Positions 1 to 11,900 of a stretch of 64,000 nucleotides of DNA are shown piece by piece (the stretch's first letter is position 1; each line of letters starts with the position of its first letter). The position numbers were made by a program, and so were the translations under genes. The notes beneath the pieces are model-generated. The model saw only the letters and a list, made by a program, of their open reading frames with translations, ran no database searches and was not told the origin of the DNA. Source of the stretch: Nymphaea colorata (taxonomy: Eukaryota); assembly GCF_008831285.2 (NCBI RefSeq), contig NC_045138.2, positions 12,338,001-12,402,000 of the forward strand. The letters run 5' to 3'.

Positions 1-250
1 AACCTCTTCAAAAGTTTGAAACGTCAAAACTTTTAATATTTTTCTACACCGCATATAGAAAAAAAAAAGATGTTTTAGCCAAAATGAAATGCATCAATGA
101 TAGACATAGTTATTGGATTGATTACCCCCAATAAAGGCGTCCGGAATGGTTAATCCTTGTACCAATGGGCGAGTCCTTTTCTCTCTCATTTTCAAAACAA
201 AACTATTTTTCTGAAGCACTCCAAACCCAAAAATTTTGGGGATGCAAACA
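1..250 (+). repeat. 3' end of the 5' LTR of the Ogre-like element
   Basis: Aligns by eye to 11942-12193 (roughly 85-90% identity, mostly transitions). Ends ...GGGGATGCAAACA just before the PBS. Confidence 0.92.
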
Positions 251-252
251 GA

Positions 253-270
253 TGGCGACCGTGATGGGAC
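253..270 (+). other. Primer-binding site, probably tRNA-Arg
   Basis: TGGCGACCGTGATGGGAC starts 2 nt after the LTR end. TGGCGAC...TGGGA matches the tRNA-Arg-type PBS typical of Ogre/Tat elements. Confidence 0.75.
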
Positions 271-1041
271 CCATCATCGCTTGGCTATAATTGATGCATT
301 TTCACGAACTTGAACATCTCATGTATTACCGATGATAAAGCATGTTTCCTTCTTTGGTCTTGACTCCATAGGCATTTCATTACCTTTCTTGGTGATTGTA
401 TTTGTTTTCTTGCATACAAGACTAATTGAGGATGATCAATAATATTCACTTAGATCTAGGATCAAATACAAACCTCCTCAATTTAAGAGTTGTTTGAAAA
501 CAGTGTTTGCTTTTCTATTTATTTTAATCACCATCTTAGGCAACATTGCATTAGAGACAACTGACTTTACATGATTTTTCATATTTCAAAATTTTTTATA
601 CCTATTTGTCTCGGTCATTATGTTGTCGGGTTTGGTCTTAGGCGGTAGCACAAGAATAAGCCTTAGAACTGGACCACACCTTGGGTGGGAAAACCCTCTC
701 ATTAGTACCATGAGAGGTAATTTGTGGTATATCGACGAGTAATCAAAAAGAAGTTGATGAACCTTACCCTTAGTTGCCTAAAGAAGAATCTATGTTAGTA
801 TTAAGTTATTCGGCTAAAGTACATAAGCATAACTTGACATTGGATTATCGTGACTCAAAATTATCTCAATTAGGTCCCTATATCTATTTTGTATAAAATT
901 ATTTCAAATGACATATGGATGTACATAAAACCTTGTGTGATGTTTTACAACATTATTATATACCTCTACTCCATATTGTCTTTGTCAACCTACTCAATCT
1001 CTTTCTAATCTAATTTTTACCCTTCAGAGTCATCATTCAAG

Positions 1042-2231
1042 ATGTATTCTTTCCAACGTGCTGTCACCTTCCCTTATGATCACATCCTCTTCGAGGAAGG
1101 ACCCGAACGGTCTACTTATATCTCTCTTGAGTCTAAACATTTGGCTTCCGAATGGTATCGGTCTTGGCATCCCACCTTTCTCGGATGTTTCCTTTCTACT
1201 TTGAAGAATGTGGGCTAGAGACAGTGGCAGCAGGAGGAACGCAATTAGTGGATGGAAATTTTGTGCATGCAATTGTTGAGCGATGGAACCCAATGACTTC
1301 CACTGTTTGGTTTCCATGGGGAGAAATGATAGTGCTATTAGATGAATTTGCTGAAATACTAGACATCTCCACTCCAACTTGTGACCCAAATGATCCAATG
1401 GAAAAACAAATCCTCATGAACCCAACCAAGGTTAATGCACATGATGTTATAGCTCATTTTACTAGATGAAAAACTTGGCTCTAGTAGAAAACCCTCAGAG
1501 CCAAAGCATCAACCTGAAAACTTATATGAAGAATTTAGAGTCTATGTCCACTTTACCTTGAAAAGCCATAGGAAAAATTAAACATTGTATGATGCTCTGC
1601 ATAATGGGAGTAACCCTTTTCATCAATGAAAGTGACCTCATAGATGGGGACCTAGTGGGACCTGACACTTGTCAGTAGCAATGGCAGCCTTGGCTTTTCT
1701 CTATCAAGGACTCACCCACTCACCCACTTTACCATTGGAGATACTGACTTCATAGAAGGATGCACATATGCTTTACAATTGTGGTTCCTCAAGCACGCGG
1801 GACCTCAAGCCAGTCTATTTAAAAACACTGATAGAGCATTGACAATCTTAGAACAATACTATCATTTGATCAAGCAGTTGGATGAACATGAAATCATTTG
1901 GGACTATTGTGATCGTTGTCAGGACCCGCCTCGATACACTCACCATTGTCATGGGCGTACCACACTCTTGGGCCCTTATTTTATAGTTGATTATTGTGCT
2001 GATAAATGCATGAGATAGTTTTCTCAAAGAAAGAAGACAGTTTCTATACATACACCAATTGCAGCTATTCCTGAATTCGTCCTCAGTTCTCCTCAATGGG
2101 CAGCATTACTTGCAGAAGCTCGACAAGAATGGAAGACGTAGATATCATGTACTTGGTTCTCAGGTCTAGTGGTAAAGAAGGAATATGCTGAGTGGTTGGA
2201 TGCCAACCGACCACCATCCATTCTTTCCTAA
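1042..2231 (+). pseudogene. Retrotransposon-borne Plant Mobile Domain (PMD, MAIN/MAIL1-like) ORF, disrupted
   Basis: PMD motifs in order across frameshifts: FVHAIVERWNPMTSTVWFPWGEMIVLLDEFAEILDI (cf. LVERWxxETHTFHLPxGEMTITLxDV), AALAFLYQGL, GCTYALQLWFLKH, DYCADKCMR*F. Confidence 0.85.
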
Positions 2232-2417
2232 AAGTTTATGTTGTCAACTTTGTACTCCTTATGTTATCTTCAGTCGTTGTCATCTTTGTTGGTGTTTTCT
2301 TTGGATGTAATTTTTTAAAAACTCTTAATGCAATATAAACCTTTATTTTCTTATCATTTCCTTCCAATGACTCTTCATTTTCCTGCCTCATTAGATGAAT
2401 ACTTGAAAGCCACCAAG

Positions 2418-4160
2418 ATGGTTGAAACCATATCACAAGCTAAGCATGCACCTCAGAACGATGCTTCATCTTTCGAGCTTAGGCCAGAAACACTTGGCCT
2501 CCCAGTAGTTGAGCCAAAAGGCTACCATATATTCTGGTTGTTCATAGAGTGATTTTTAAATGAGCAAGATGAACAAAACACCCTGATGTTTACTTCAGAA
2601 TCAAAAATTGAAAAAAATGTCAAGCAGAAGAGAAAGAAGAAAAACAACAAATCTTCTCCTATAGATAGGGATAAAGATCATTTGGGTTCAGATTCAGTAA
2701 CCAGTAAAGAGAAAAAACCTGAACTGCTTCCTCTGAAGAAGAAAAAGACAACAATGAGAAGAAAGAAGGGAAAAGAAATTATGGTGAAAAGCAGCTCACT
2801 TAGCCCTATCACTACTGGAAGTTCGGAAGAGAAATCCAAAAGAAAGAAAAAGCCTACCAAAAAAGACAAAAAGACAAAGAAGTACATCCCCAACAATAGC
2901 TCAGACAGTGAGAGTTCTGCAAAGGAAGTAAAGGAGATCAAGAAAAAGAAGAAAAAGACAAAGCCAGAATTAGTTGAATCAAATGATGACGAAAGTCCGA
3001 CTAAGCATAGATTTGATGAAATAGAGAAAATAATGAACAATCTTGAACTCAGGAGAAAAGAAAAATGTTCATACTCATGTGAGGATTACTACCTTGGTAT
3101 TGAAGAGAACGAAAACGTGAAAGGTTTTCTCAATGAATTTGTCTGATATAATGGAACCACATGCGCACATGTTCATCTTTCAACCTTCTTTATTGATTGC
3201 TACAAAATCCGGACAAATAACATAGCTTTGTTTCGTTATTTTTCATGAAGTCTTGAAGGCATCGCCGCACAATAGTACAAAACAAATGTCAACCAATTAA
3301 ACTGAATGAATTTGACAAATTGATTAACATGTTTGTCCAAATATTTGAGCAAAATGCCTCCATGGCTCCAACCCTTAGTAGCATTTGTAGTATCCATTAG
3401 AAACAAGGAGAAAAGGCTCGAGAATTTATCAAAAAATGGAGAATGCAATGCAACATGATGAAGGAGCCCATTTCTGAAACACAAGCTCTGTCACTCACTA
3501 GGAAAAATCTTGCTCAGCCCTTGAAAAGTCTCATCCGAAATGCCCTGATCAAGACCTTTGCTAAGTTGATTGAACAAGCAAATTCAATAGATGAAGGAAT
3601 TGAGGAAGGTGATTTTGATGGAATCATTGCTTCTAAGTACAAAGAAGATGAAAATAAAGGAGGGAGGACACAGCTGCCTACACACTTCGTAGCTAATGTT
3701 GACATTTGAAAGGACAACAACACCAGCTATAATCAAGATAAACAAATTAGTTACAATAAGAACATGCAGTTTCCCAAAGGCAATGATGAAAGGAAAAATA
3801 AACACCCATGCTGGAGTTATGACCAGAAATTCACTCCTCTCAGTCAGTCCTATGAGAAGATCCTGGAATACCTCCTTGCCAAAGGAACTATCATCTTACC
3901 AAAAGTATGAGAACTTCCGAAAATGAATGGAGGATATAAAGGAAAGCTATGTAAGTTTCATCGTGCCCCTGGACATGACACTGAGGATTGTTTTGTCCTC
4001 AAAAACATTATCCAAGACTTCATCAACAAGGATCTCAAGGTTCATGATGATAGCATCCCTGAGGTATTAAGGAATCCATTTCCTGATCACGGGAAAGCGG
4101 TAATAGCCACGATCACCATAGACACTCCACTTCCAGATCATCCATAGGAAAACATCTGAC
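2418..4160 (+). pseudogene. gag of the Ogre-like element, disrupted
   Basis: Lys/Ser-rich N-terminus (ORF 2586-3146), gag core (YNGTTCAHVHL...SLEGIAAQ) and zinc knuckle CKFHRAPGHDTEDC followed by NPFPDH. Confidence 0.8.
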
Positions 4161-4409
4161 CTTGTGATGGAAGCAGTTCACACAAAGTCACTATGATGGA
4201 TCATGGAATGAAACCTCTGGATTTTATTGCTATGATGAACGGCAAGACAGAAAGTTCACCCAAAAAACTTCCCATAATCCCAAAAACTTTTATCCTATAA
4301 GGCGGTGATAATGAATCATCAGATGACTCTTCAGATGAAGATCCATGCTACTTGGGTGAGGTTCTCCCCTTAAAAGAGTGTATGCTTGAGGGAGATTGGA
4401 TTTGACCCT

Positions 4410-4810
4410 CTAAGGACCAGTCAATTACCTTTTCAGAAAAATACCTCTCAAAATGGGAATATTACTATATAGATGTTCTTTATATCATCATCCAAGTCGA
4501 TGGGATGACTGTGCCACATGTATTGATCGATAAAGGAAGTGGCTTAAACATTTATCCTGACCTCACGGTCAAAGCTTTGGGATTTCACGAAGACAAATAT
4601 CGCTCTGATGATATCAAGATCTACGAATATGATGGCCGAGGCATGAACAGCAAAGGTACTCTCGACATGAACATGATCAATGAAAACACCAGCCATTGCA
4701 TTGTATTTCATGTTGTGGATGTGCCACCAACATATAACTTACTTTTTAGATGACTTTGGATCCACCAAGTACGAGGAATCCCATCCACTCTTCATCAGTG
4801 GCTCAAATAA
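4410..4810 (+). pseudogene. Aspartic protease domain of the Ogre-like element
   Basis: VPHVLIDKGSGLNI active-site region, FHVVDVPPTYNLL and WIHQVRGIPSTLHQ. Confidence 0.8.
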
Positions 4811-5056
4811 AATTTTAGCCCATCAGTCATCACCATACGTGCTAAGGATCTGGTCGAAAGGTTGGTATAACCAATGCTCCCTAGGCCAATTGATTCGGTG
4901 GATTTACCCAGCATAAGAACAGCGAAGGACATACCTTTGAAAGAATGGATGCGAAACATAGGGATATGTGAATCATTCAAGAGCACTCATACTATTTCAA
5001 GCAATCGTGCAAGTTATCAAAAACACCCCTTGTATGTTTATTTCATGAAAAAACCT

Positions 5057-5177
5057 AAGGGATTCAGTTTCTTCAAAAAGGTGGCTATTGTCCATTCACT
5101 GTCCTCAGAAAGAATGAATATGGCATTTTGCTGCCGATTAGTATCTTTTTCAGATGAACACCATAGGATTGGGATAT
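5057..5177 (+). other. Degenerate G-patch domain downstream of the protease
   Basis: With two frameshifts reads KGFSFFKK-GYCPFTVLRKNEYGILLPISIF-QMNTIGLGY, matching G-patch spacing (GxxMMxKMGYxxGxGLGKNxxGIxxPI...GLGY). Confidence 0.55.
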
Positions 5178-5390
5178 CATGAAGAAATTTGAAGAAGATC
5201 TTATGGGCTTATAGTATTCACCTTTGTTTCAAACCCTCCCATAAATTTTATAATCCTAAACTTCTTTTGTCTGGTCTCATGAGAGAACCCCTTCTAGGAA
5301 CTAAGAACCTCTTTTTGATATGCAATGCAAATGATCTTTTGTTGTCAATTTTAATTTTGTCCAATTATTTCCTTTATTCTCTTTTTACAG

Positions 5391-8300
5391 GATGTGGGAA
5401 CCCAACATGTCTCAACTTCTTCTTTTTCCTTGAAAGTCCCTCCAAAAAGCATTTGCCAAACAAGCAGTCAGTGAAATGAAATCTATGGCAGTACCCGAGT
5501 CAGAATTACCGAAATTCACTCAGATTCAAAAACAAGAACATCTCTCGTCCTTAGTCAATGATCCAATTGAAGAAATTAATATTGGAATCAACGAGAATCC
5601 TAAAATCATTTAAATTGGTACCAGTTTGTCAATAGACGAGAAGAAAAGATTGGTGGACTTTCTTATGAGTAACCAAAAAGCTTTCGTATGGACCTATGAA
5701 GATATGCCAAGATTAGACCCTCAGTTGGTTGAACATCGGTTGTCCTTAAATCTTAGTTGTAAGCCAGTTAAGCAAAAGTTACGCAAGCTTGATCCTCGAC
5801 TAGAAGGACTTGTAAAAGAAGGACTAGATGACCTATTAAAGGCAAAATTCATTTGTGTCATCGATTATCCAGAATGGTTGGCTAATATTGTGGTGGTCCG
5901 CAAGAAAAATGGCAAAGTGAGATTATGCATCGACTTTTGAGACTTGAACAAAGCCACGCCGAATGATGATTATCCACTTCCAGACATTGATTTGTTGGTA
6001 AACAGTACTGTAGGTCATGTCATGTTCTCCTTCATGGATGGGTATTCTAGATATAACCAAATCAATTTAGCAGTCAAGGATCAACCTAAGACCGCTTTTA
6101 CTACACCATGGGGCACTTTCTATTATCAAAGGGTCATGGTTGTTATCTTCCATGACTAGATGCACAAAATCAAGGATGATATCGATGACATATTGATCAA
6201 ATCCAAGACAAGAAAAGACCACATTGAAACTCTTGCCCAGGTGTTTGAGAGACTCTTACAGTACAAGCTCGGTTTGAATCGGGTAAACTTCTGGGTTTCA
6301 TGGTTAGTAAGAGGGAAATCGAAATGGATCTTACCTAAGCTAAAGCAATCATCGATATGCCACCGCCTACCAATATCAAAGAACTGCGAAGTTTGCAAGG
6401 GAGAATCCAGTCCATTAGACTATTCATTTCCAATCTAGCCATGAGATGCGAACCATTCAACCAATTGTTGAGGAAAAGCGTCAAGTTTGAATGGGGTCTT
6501 GAATGCCAACAATCGTTTGAAAAAATCAAGAAATACCTTCTAAGTCCACCAATTCTAAAATCCTTGATGTTGGGTAGACCATTGTTGCTTTACATCACAG
6601 TGAATGAGTCAACATGTGGCAGCTTTTTGGCACAATATGAAGGAGGAAGTCACATCAAGAATGCAATTTATTACATTAGTAGAACTTTTGTCCAGTATGA
6701 GAAGAAGTACTCTCCAACAAAAAAAACTTGTTTGGCATTGGTTTGGATGTATCAGAAGCTGAGACATTATTTGTTACCTTGTGAGGTCAAAATACTCTCC
6801 AAGCTAAATCCTCTTAAGTACATTTTGAAACAGCCCTTCCTTAATGGACGCATTGCCAAATGACAAGTTCTGCTCATGCAAGATGATCTTGAATATGTGT
6901 CTCAAAAGTCAATCAAGGGACAAGCAATTACGGATTAGTTAGCAGACTTTTCCCAGTACAAAGAAATCAGAACGAACGATGAGTTTCCAAACGAACACGT
7001 ACTAAGATTGGAAATAGTTTCGATATGAAAGATGTACTTCGATGAATCCAGAAACATGATGGGAGCTGGTATATGCATTTTACTCATCACTCCAAAAGAT
7101 GAAATGATCCCATATTCTTTGAAAATTGACTTTTCATGTACCTATAACATGGCTGAATATGAAGCCCTCATACAAGGACTTCGCTTTTTATTGAGTTTTC
7201 AAGTGAAAATGGTGCAAGCCTTTGGCGATTCTCAGCTTATTATAAACCAAGTGAATAGAGAATGGCAAGTCAAAGATAAAAAGTTGGTGTCATATCAAGA
7301 GATCACTACCTCTTTGATCTGTCAGTTTGAAGAAGTATAACTAGGTCACATAAAAAGATAAGGTAACCTTATTGTGGATGGTCTCGCGAGTCTAGGGTCC
7401 ACCATCTCCTTTCGAACCAATGAAGCAATCCGTTTTTTGAGATGCGAAGATTGAAACGCTCTGCTTTTGAAACAATCATACATGCTCATCATATACTATG
7501 CAAAAAGATTGTTACCAGCTTGTCAAAAGATGCAAGGAATGTCAACTGCATGCACCACTGATCCATGCTCCAACCTCTCACTTGCATTCTGCGACATCTC
7601 CTTAGCCATTTTCAATGTGGGCATTCGATGTAGCCAGACCAATATCCCCTGTAGCTTCCAATGGCCATAAATATTTTCTTGCTGCAACATATTATTTTAC
7701 CAAATGGGTGGAAGTCTTCTGCTCAGAACAATGGAATGATGTCATGTAGTGTCATTCATTCACAAAATTTTTCTTTGCAGATTTGGAATTCCTCATGATA
7801 TAGTATCTGACAACGAAATTCATTTCAAAAATGAAAAGATAAGACAGTTGTACAGTAAATACCATATACATCATTTTTCAACTCCTTATTACCCCCAAGG
7901 CAATGGACAAGCAGAGGCCACCAACAAGATCTTGATATGCATCTTGGAACGGACAGTAGAAACTAGAAGAGACTGGCACGAAAAGATGCATAACGCTCTG
8001 TGGGCATATCGCACCACTACGAGGACTCTAACAAATGCAACTCCAGCAGAGCTAGTCTATGGAACAGAAGTGGTTCTACCATTACATGTGTTGAAACCCG
8101 CTTTGAAGTTCGCTTCTCTTATAGAACTTCCTCTAAATCAATATCAGCAGAAAAGGCTAATGCAACTCGATCTGCTAGATGAAAATAGGCTAAATGCGGA
8201 TGAACAAGTTGAAGCTTATCGCCAAATGGTAGCTAGACAGTTTGCCAAGTCAGTTATCAAGAGACAGTTCAAAATGAATGACTTGGTCCTACGATCTGCG

Positions 8301-8465
8301 GTGTACCTCAAAGGATGGCCACGTATAAAGTGGGCACCAAACTGGGAAGGCCCATATGTAATTAAGGAAGTCTTGCCCCATAATTCATACCGACTGATTA
8401 ATGCTGATGGGGTGGAACTTGTCTATTCTATCAATGCCCTTCACCTCAAGAAATTATATGTCTAG
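5391..8465 (+). pseudogene. pol (RT, RNase H, archaeal-type RNase H, integrase) of the Ogre-like element, disrupted
   Basis: RT: EWLANIVVVRKKNGKVRLCIDF, FSFMDGYSRYNQI, DIDDILIKS. RH: 6357-6863. aRH: MYFDESR...CTYNMAEYEALIQGL...FGDSQLIINQV. INT: CKEC, RFGIPHDIVSDN, PYYPQGNGQAEATNK, PNWEGPYVI. Confidence 0.93.
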
Positions 8466-8606
8466 TCCTCTTGTATCCATTTTCCAATCAATGTCAAATA
8501 TTTATGTTTTCATATCCAATCTAACATTCAATATGGATTCTTCCCATTCGTAAAACATGACAATTACACTGGGGCATTTTTTTTATTCTCAATCCAGATT
8601 TGAGAG

Positions 8607-8800
8607 CAACCCATTTAGGTAAAGGATTAAACCTGCAATATGAGGGCAACCCACGTAGGTAAAGGGTCAAACCTACAATGCAAGCCAAAGCAACCCATTT
8701 CAGGAGGTTAAACCTGAATTTAATATTGGCAAACCCGTGCAAGTAATAGGTTAAACCTGCAATTTAAGCTCAAACAACTCATTCATGTGAGGGGGTAAGC
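8607..8800 (+). repeat. About 5 degenerate ~40-bp tandem repeats in the 3' non-coding region of the Ogre-like element
   Basis: Recurring CAACCC...GGTTAAACCTGCAAT unit. Confidence 0.65.
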
Positions 8801-8887
8801 CTTTTACATCACTTTGCACATGTTTTGATAGAAAAATCTGGGATGCTTATCTTTGTCACTAAGCACGGCCAGTGCCGGCTTAGTAAC

Positions 8888-8896
8888 AAAGAGGGG
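8888..8896 (+). other. Polypurine tract
   Basis: AAAGAGGGG 4 nt upstream of the TGT start of the 3' LTR. Confidence 0.75.
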
Positions 8897-8900
8897 CACC

Positions 8901-11900
8901 TGTAATCACCCCAAATTTTTTTAAAATGCTATACCCTTTTACCAAAACACAAAACCTAAATTTTGGAATCCAAATTAGATCCAAAACAACAGTTCGGATC
9001 TAAATCAAGCATTTGAAACTCAAAATTCGAAATTAAGTGCGAAACGACAAAATTTAAGCGTTGCGCGTGCACGAACCTTCCCTTTGCTTTAAGAACTCAT
9101 TTCTCACGCCAAAACGTATTTATAAACCATAGTCGTGAGCTAGAATGCGTCGGCGAGCAATTGAACTCAGTCCAAAATTAAAACGAGTCTCGAGTCACTC
9201 GAAACGGAATTGGCCGGTCATTTTTAACAAAAACTTCTCTTTCACCCATTTTAAATAAAAAAAAAAAGAAAATTTTTTATGCTTCCAACATCAACAACAT
9301 TTTTATTTTCTTTTATCAAATTTTATTTGATTTTATTTATTTTTTTTTAAATGTTGAGTTTTTGCTCATCCTGTGACGCGCAGTCGCGTGGCACATAGTC
9401 ACACGACCACGCGTTGTGAAATGCTCGCGCGAAAGAGAGAACGACGCCCTGTCGTGACCACGCGACAAAACGTCGTGCACGCTCGCGTGCGGCGTGCGAG
9501 CGAGCGTGCGACGTGTTGTCGCGTGCGAGCGAGCGCGCCGCACACGAGCACGAGGCACGCAAGCGCGCACGACATGCTGTCGTGCGGTCACGACTAGCGT
9601 GCAACCACTCGACAGCACGTCGTGCGACCGTGCAATCGCGAAATCGCATGTGCGATCTCGCTTGCAGGTGCTGCTAAGCAGCCTTCCGAGGCCTGCCTAG
9701 TGCACAGACCCCATTTTTTTCCAAAAATTGATCAGTGGAGGGCATTTTTGAATATTTTTAAGGTGCATTAGCCTTACCTACATCCCAAAAATGGATTTTC
9801 AGACCTAATAGCCAATAACACTTATTTCAAACCCATTTCTTTTCAAAAAGAATTGAAAATAAGTAAAAAGTATTTGAAATTCGTTTGAAAATATTATAAA
9901 ATTTTAAAAAAATGAATTTTGAGTTTTGGCTCCAAAACTCTCTATAAATACCCTCATTTTCCTCCTCTTGGGCAAGGAGCTAGCCCTTGAAGAAATTCTA
10001 GTGCATTTGAATACTTAGAGTTCTCCCAAGGTCTCTTCCTCCAGTTTCCCTCTTCTTCTCCTCAATCTTCTTCTTCTTCTCCAACTTGGAGCAAGCTACA
10101 ACAACTTCAAGGGGGCACAAAGATCTTTTGGAGTCCTCTTCTTCATTACCTTGAAGCTCTATTCAAGGCGAGTCTAAAATCATTCCAAGTAAATGTGATA
10201 ATTTTCTTCCCAAAATCATTCTTATAAGAGGTATGTAACCAACATCTCATTTCATTCTGTCTATTTTCTTCCCTTCTTCTTCTCCCCATTGCCATACAAG
10301 ATAACTCTAAAATCTTTTAGAGTAAAGAGCCTATTTTTTAATGCACCGAGAGCATGAGAAGGTGAAGTGACATTTCATTTTATGATTCAATCATGTTATC
10401 TTTTTTCTTGAATATAATCTTGTTTTGCTACTCTCATTTTCTTCTCCTCTTCATTTCCCCATGGCCCTATGAGATAGTTCTCAATCTCTATCTTAGAGTC
10501 AAAAGACTACGCTCGAATGCACCGAGAGCATAGAAAGATGAGATGTTCTTTCATTTTACGGTTGAATCATGCTCTTTCTCTTCTCTTAAATATTGCTTTG
10601 ATTTTATCCATGCATAGTCTTTGCTTTTTTATTTATATGTGAATGCACGAGGAGAATGAGAGTATGGTTTAGGATTTCCTTCTTATGCTATTTTAAATTT
10701 TGAAGTTGGGACTTGTCCAACCCGGGTTGAACCCTTACGAATATGTACATGTTAAAAATGCATCTTCATGTCATTACGTTTAGTTTTCTTCTTAATCAAC
10801 CAATGAGGAACACTAACGAGTGCTTTATTATGGTGTTTGTTTTTCTTTCATACCCAACGGTGGAAGAAATATATTCTTTGTAACAAACAAAATAATAACA
10901 TTCTATGTTTATATATAAATCATATTTTACAAAAGATTTTTGAAAGAAAATACTCTCTCTAATGTGGCTTTGGAGACTTAGCTTAGGTTCTTGCATGAGT
11001 CAAATCTCTCCTCCAGCCTACAGCAAACTTGAGGTCAGTTAATTTTCATTTTTTGATTTATAATCTCCTAAAGATATATATATATATACATGTTATATAC
11101 ATATATATGCACATGATGATTTTTTTCCTTCTCTCTATGTTTCCATATTTTACAAATTTTCATATATACATGAATACATGTGTAAGTATTCTATTTTCTA
11201 TCTCTTGAATCTTTTATTTCTCTTTTCAAGACAAATATTTTTCCTTACAAATTTTCTTATACATACACATACAAGTATGTATATGTATTTTTCTTTTCCT
11301 CTAAAAAAATCTCTTCTTATTCTAATCAATATCACCTTTTTACAAATTTTCATATATGTACATGTGTGATGGCATGTACACATATATGTACATTATTTTT
11401 CATCTCTCTCTCTCTCTTTATAAAGAATATTGCATCTCTTCCACTCCTTCAAACATTTTTCCATGATCTTTTATTTACCTACTTCATCAAGACCAAAACT
11501 CAAGTAATGACCCAAAATTGGATTCATGTTTGATGTTCTACAACCTCAATCCATTTTCAAAAAAAATAGTTCTTTTTATATATGATGATTATCATAACAA
11601 AAATCTTAGATTTATGTTATGGTAGGAATGCTCTTAAATGAATTTTATAGTAGGAATGAATGATTTTTCTTTCCAATCATATGCGATCAATGCATTTGTA
11701 CATTCACATTCACCTAATACCACTTATGATCACAAGTACCTCTCCAAAAAAATTTAAGCAAGATGAGATAGAACTCTAACTAGGTAGTAACCGATGAGCA
11801 AAATCTCAAACCTACTTAAAGTCTTAAGAGAACACTAAAGTTATTTCAAAATGATTTCCCAAGCTTTCCAATGATATTTACAAAGATTTCTCAATCCTAG

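Noticed and set aside
2678..3040. Hydrophobic Phe-rich minus-strand ORF
   Set aside because: Antisense shadow of the Lys-rich gag region.
8607..8800. Repeat-spacer-like periodicity (CRISPR-like)
   Set aside because: Eukaryotic retrotransposon 3' tandem repeat with degenerate units and no cas genes.
9337..9700. Overlapping Arg/Ala-rich ORFs on both strands
   Set aside because: By-product of the CpG-rich LTR block; no domain.
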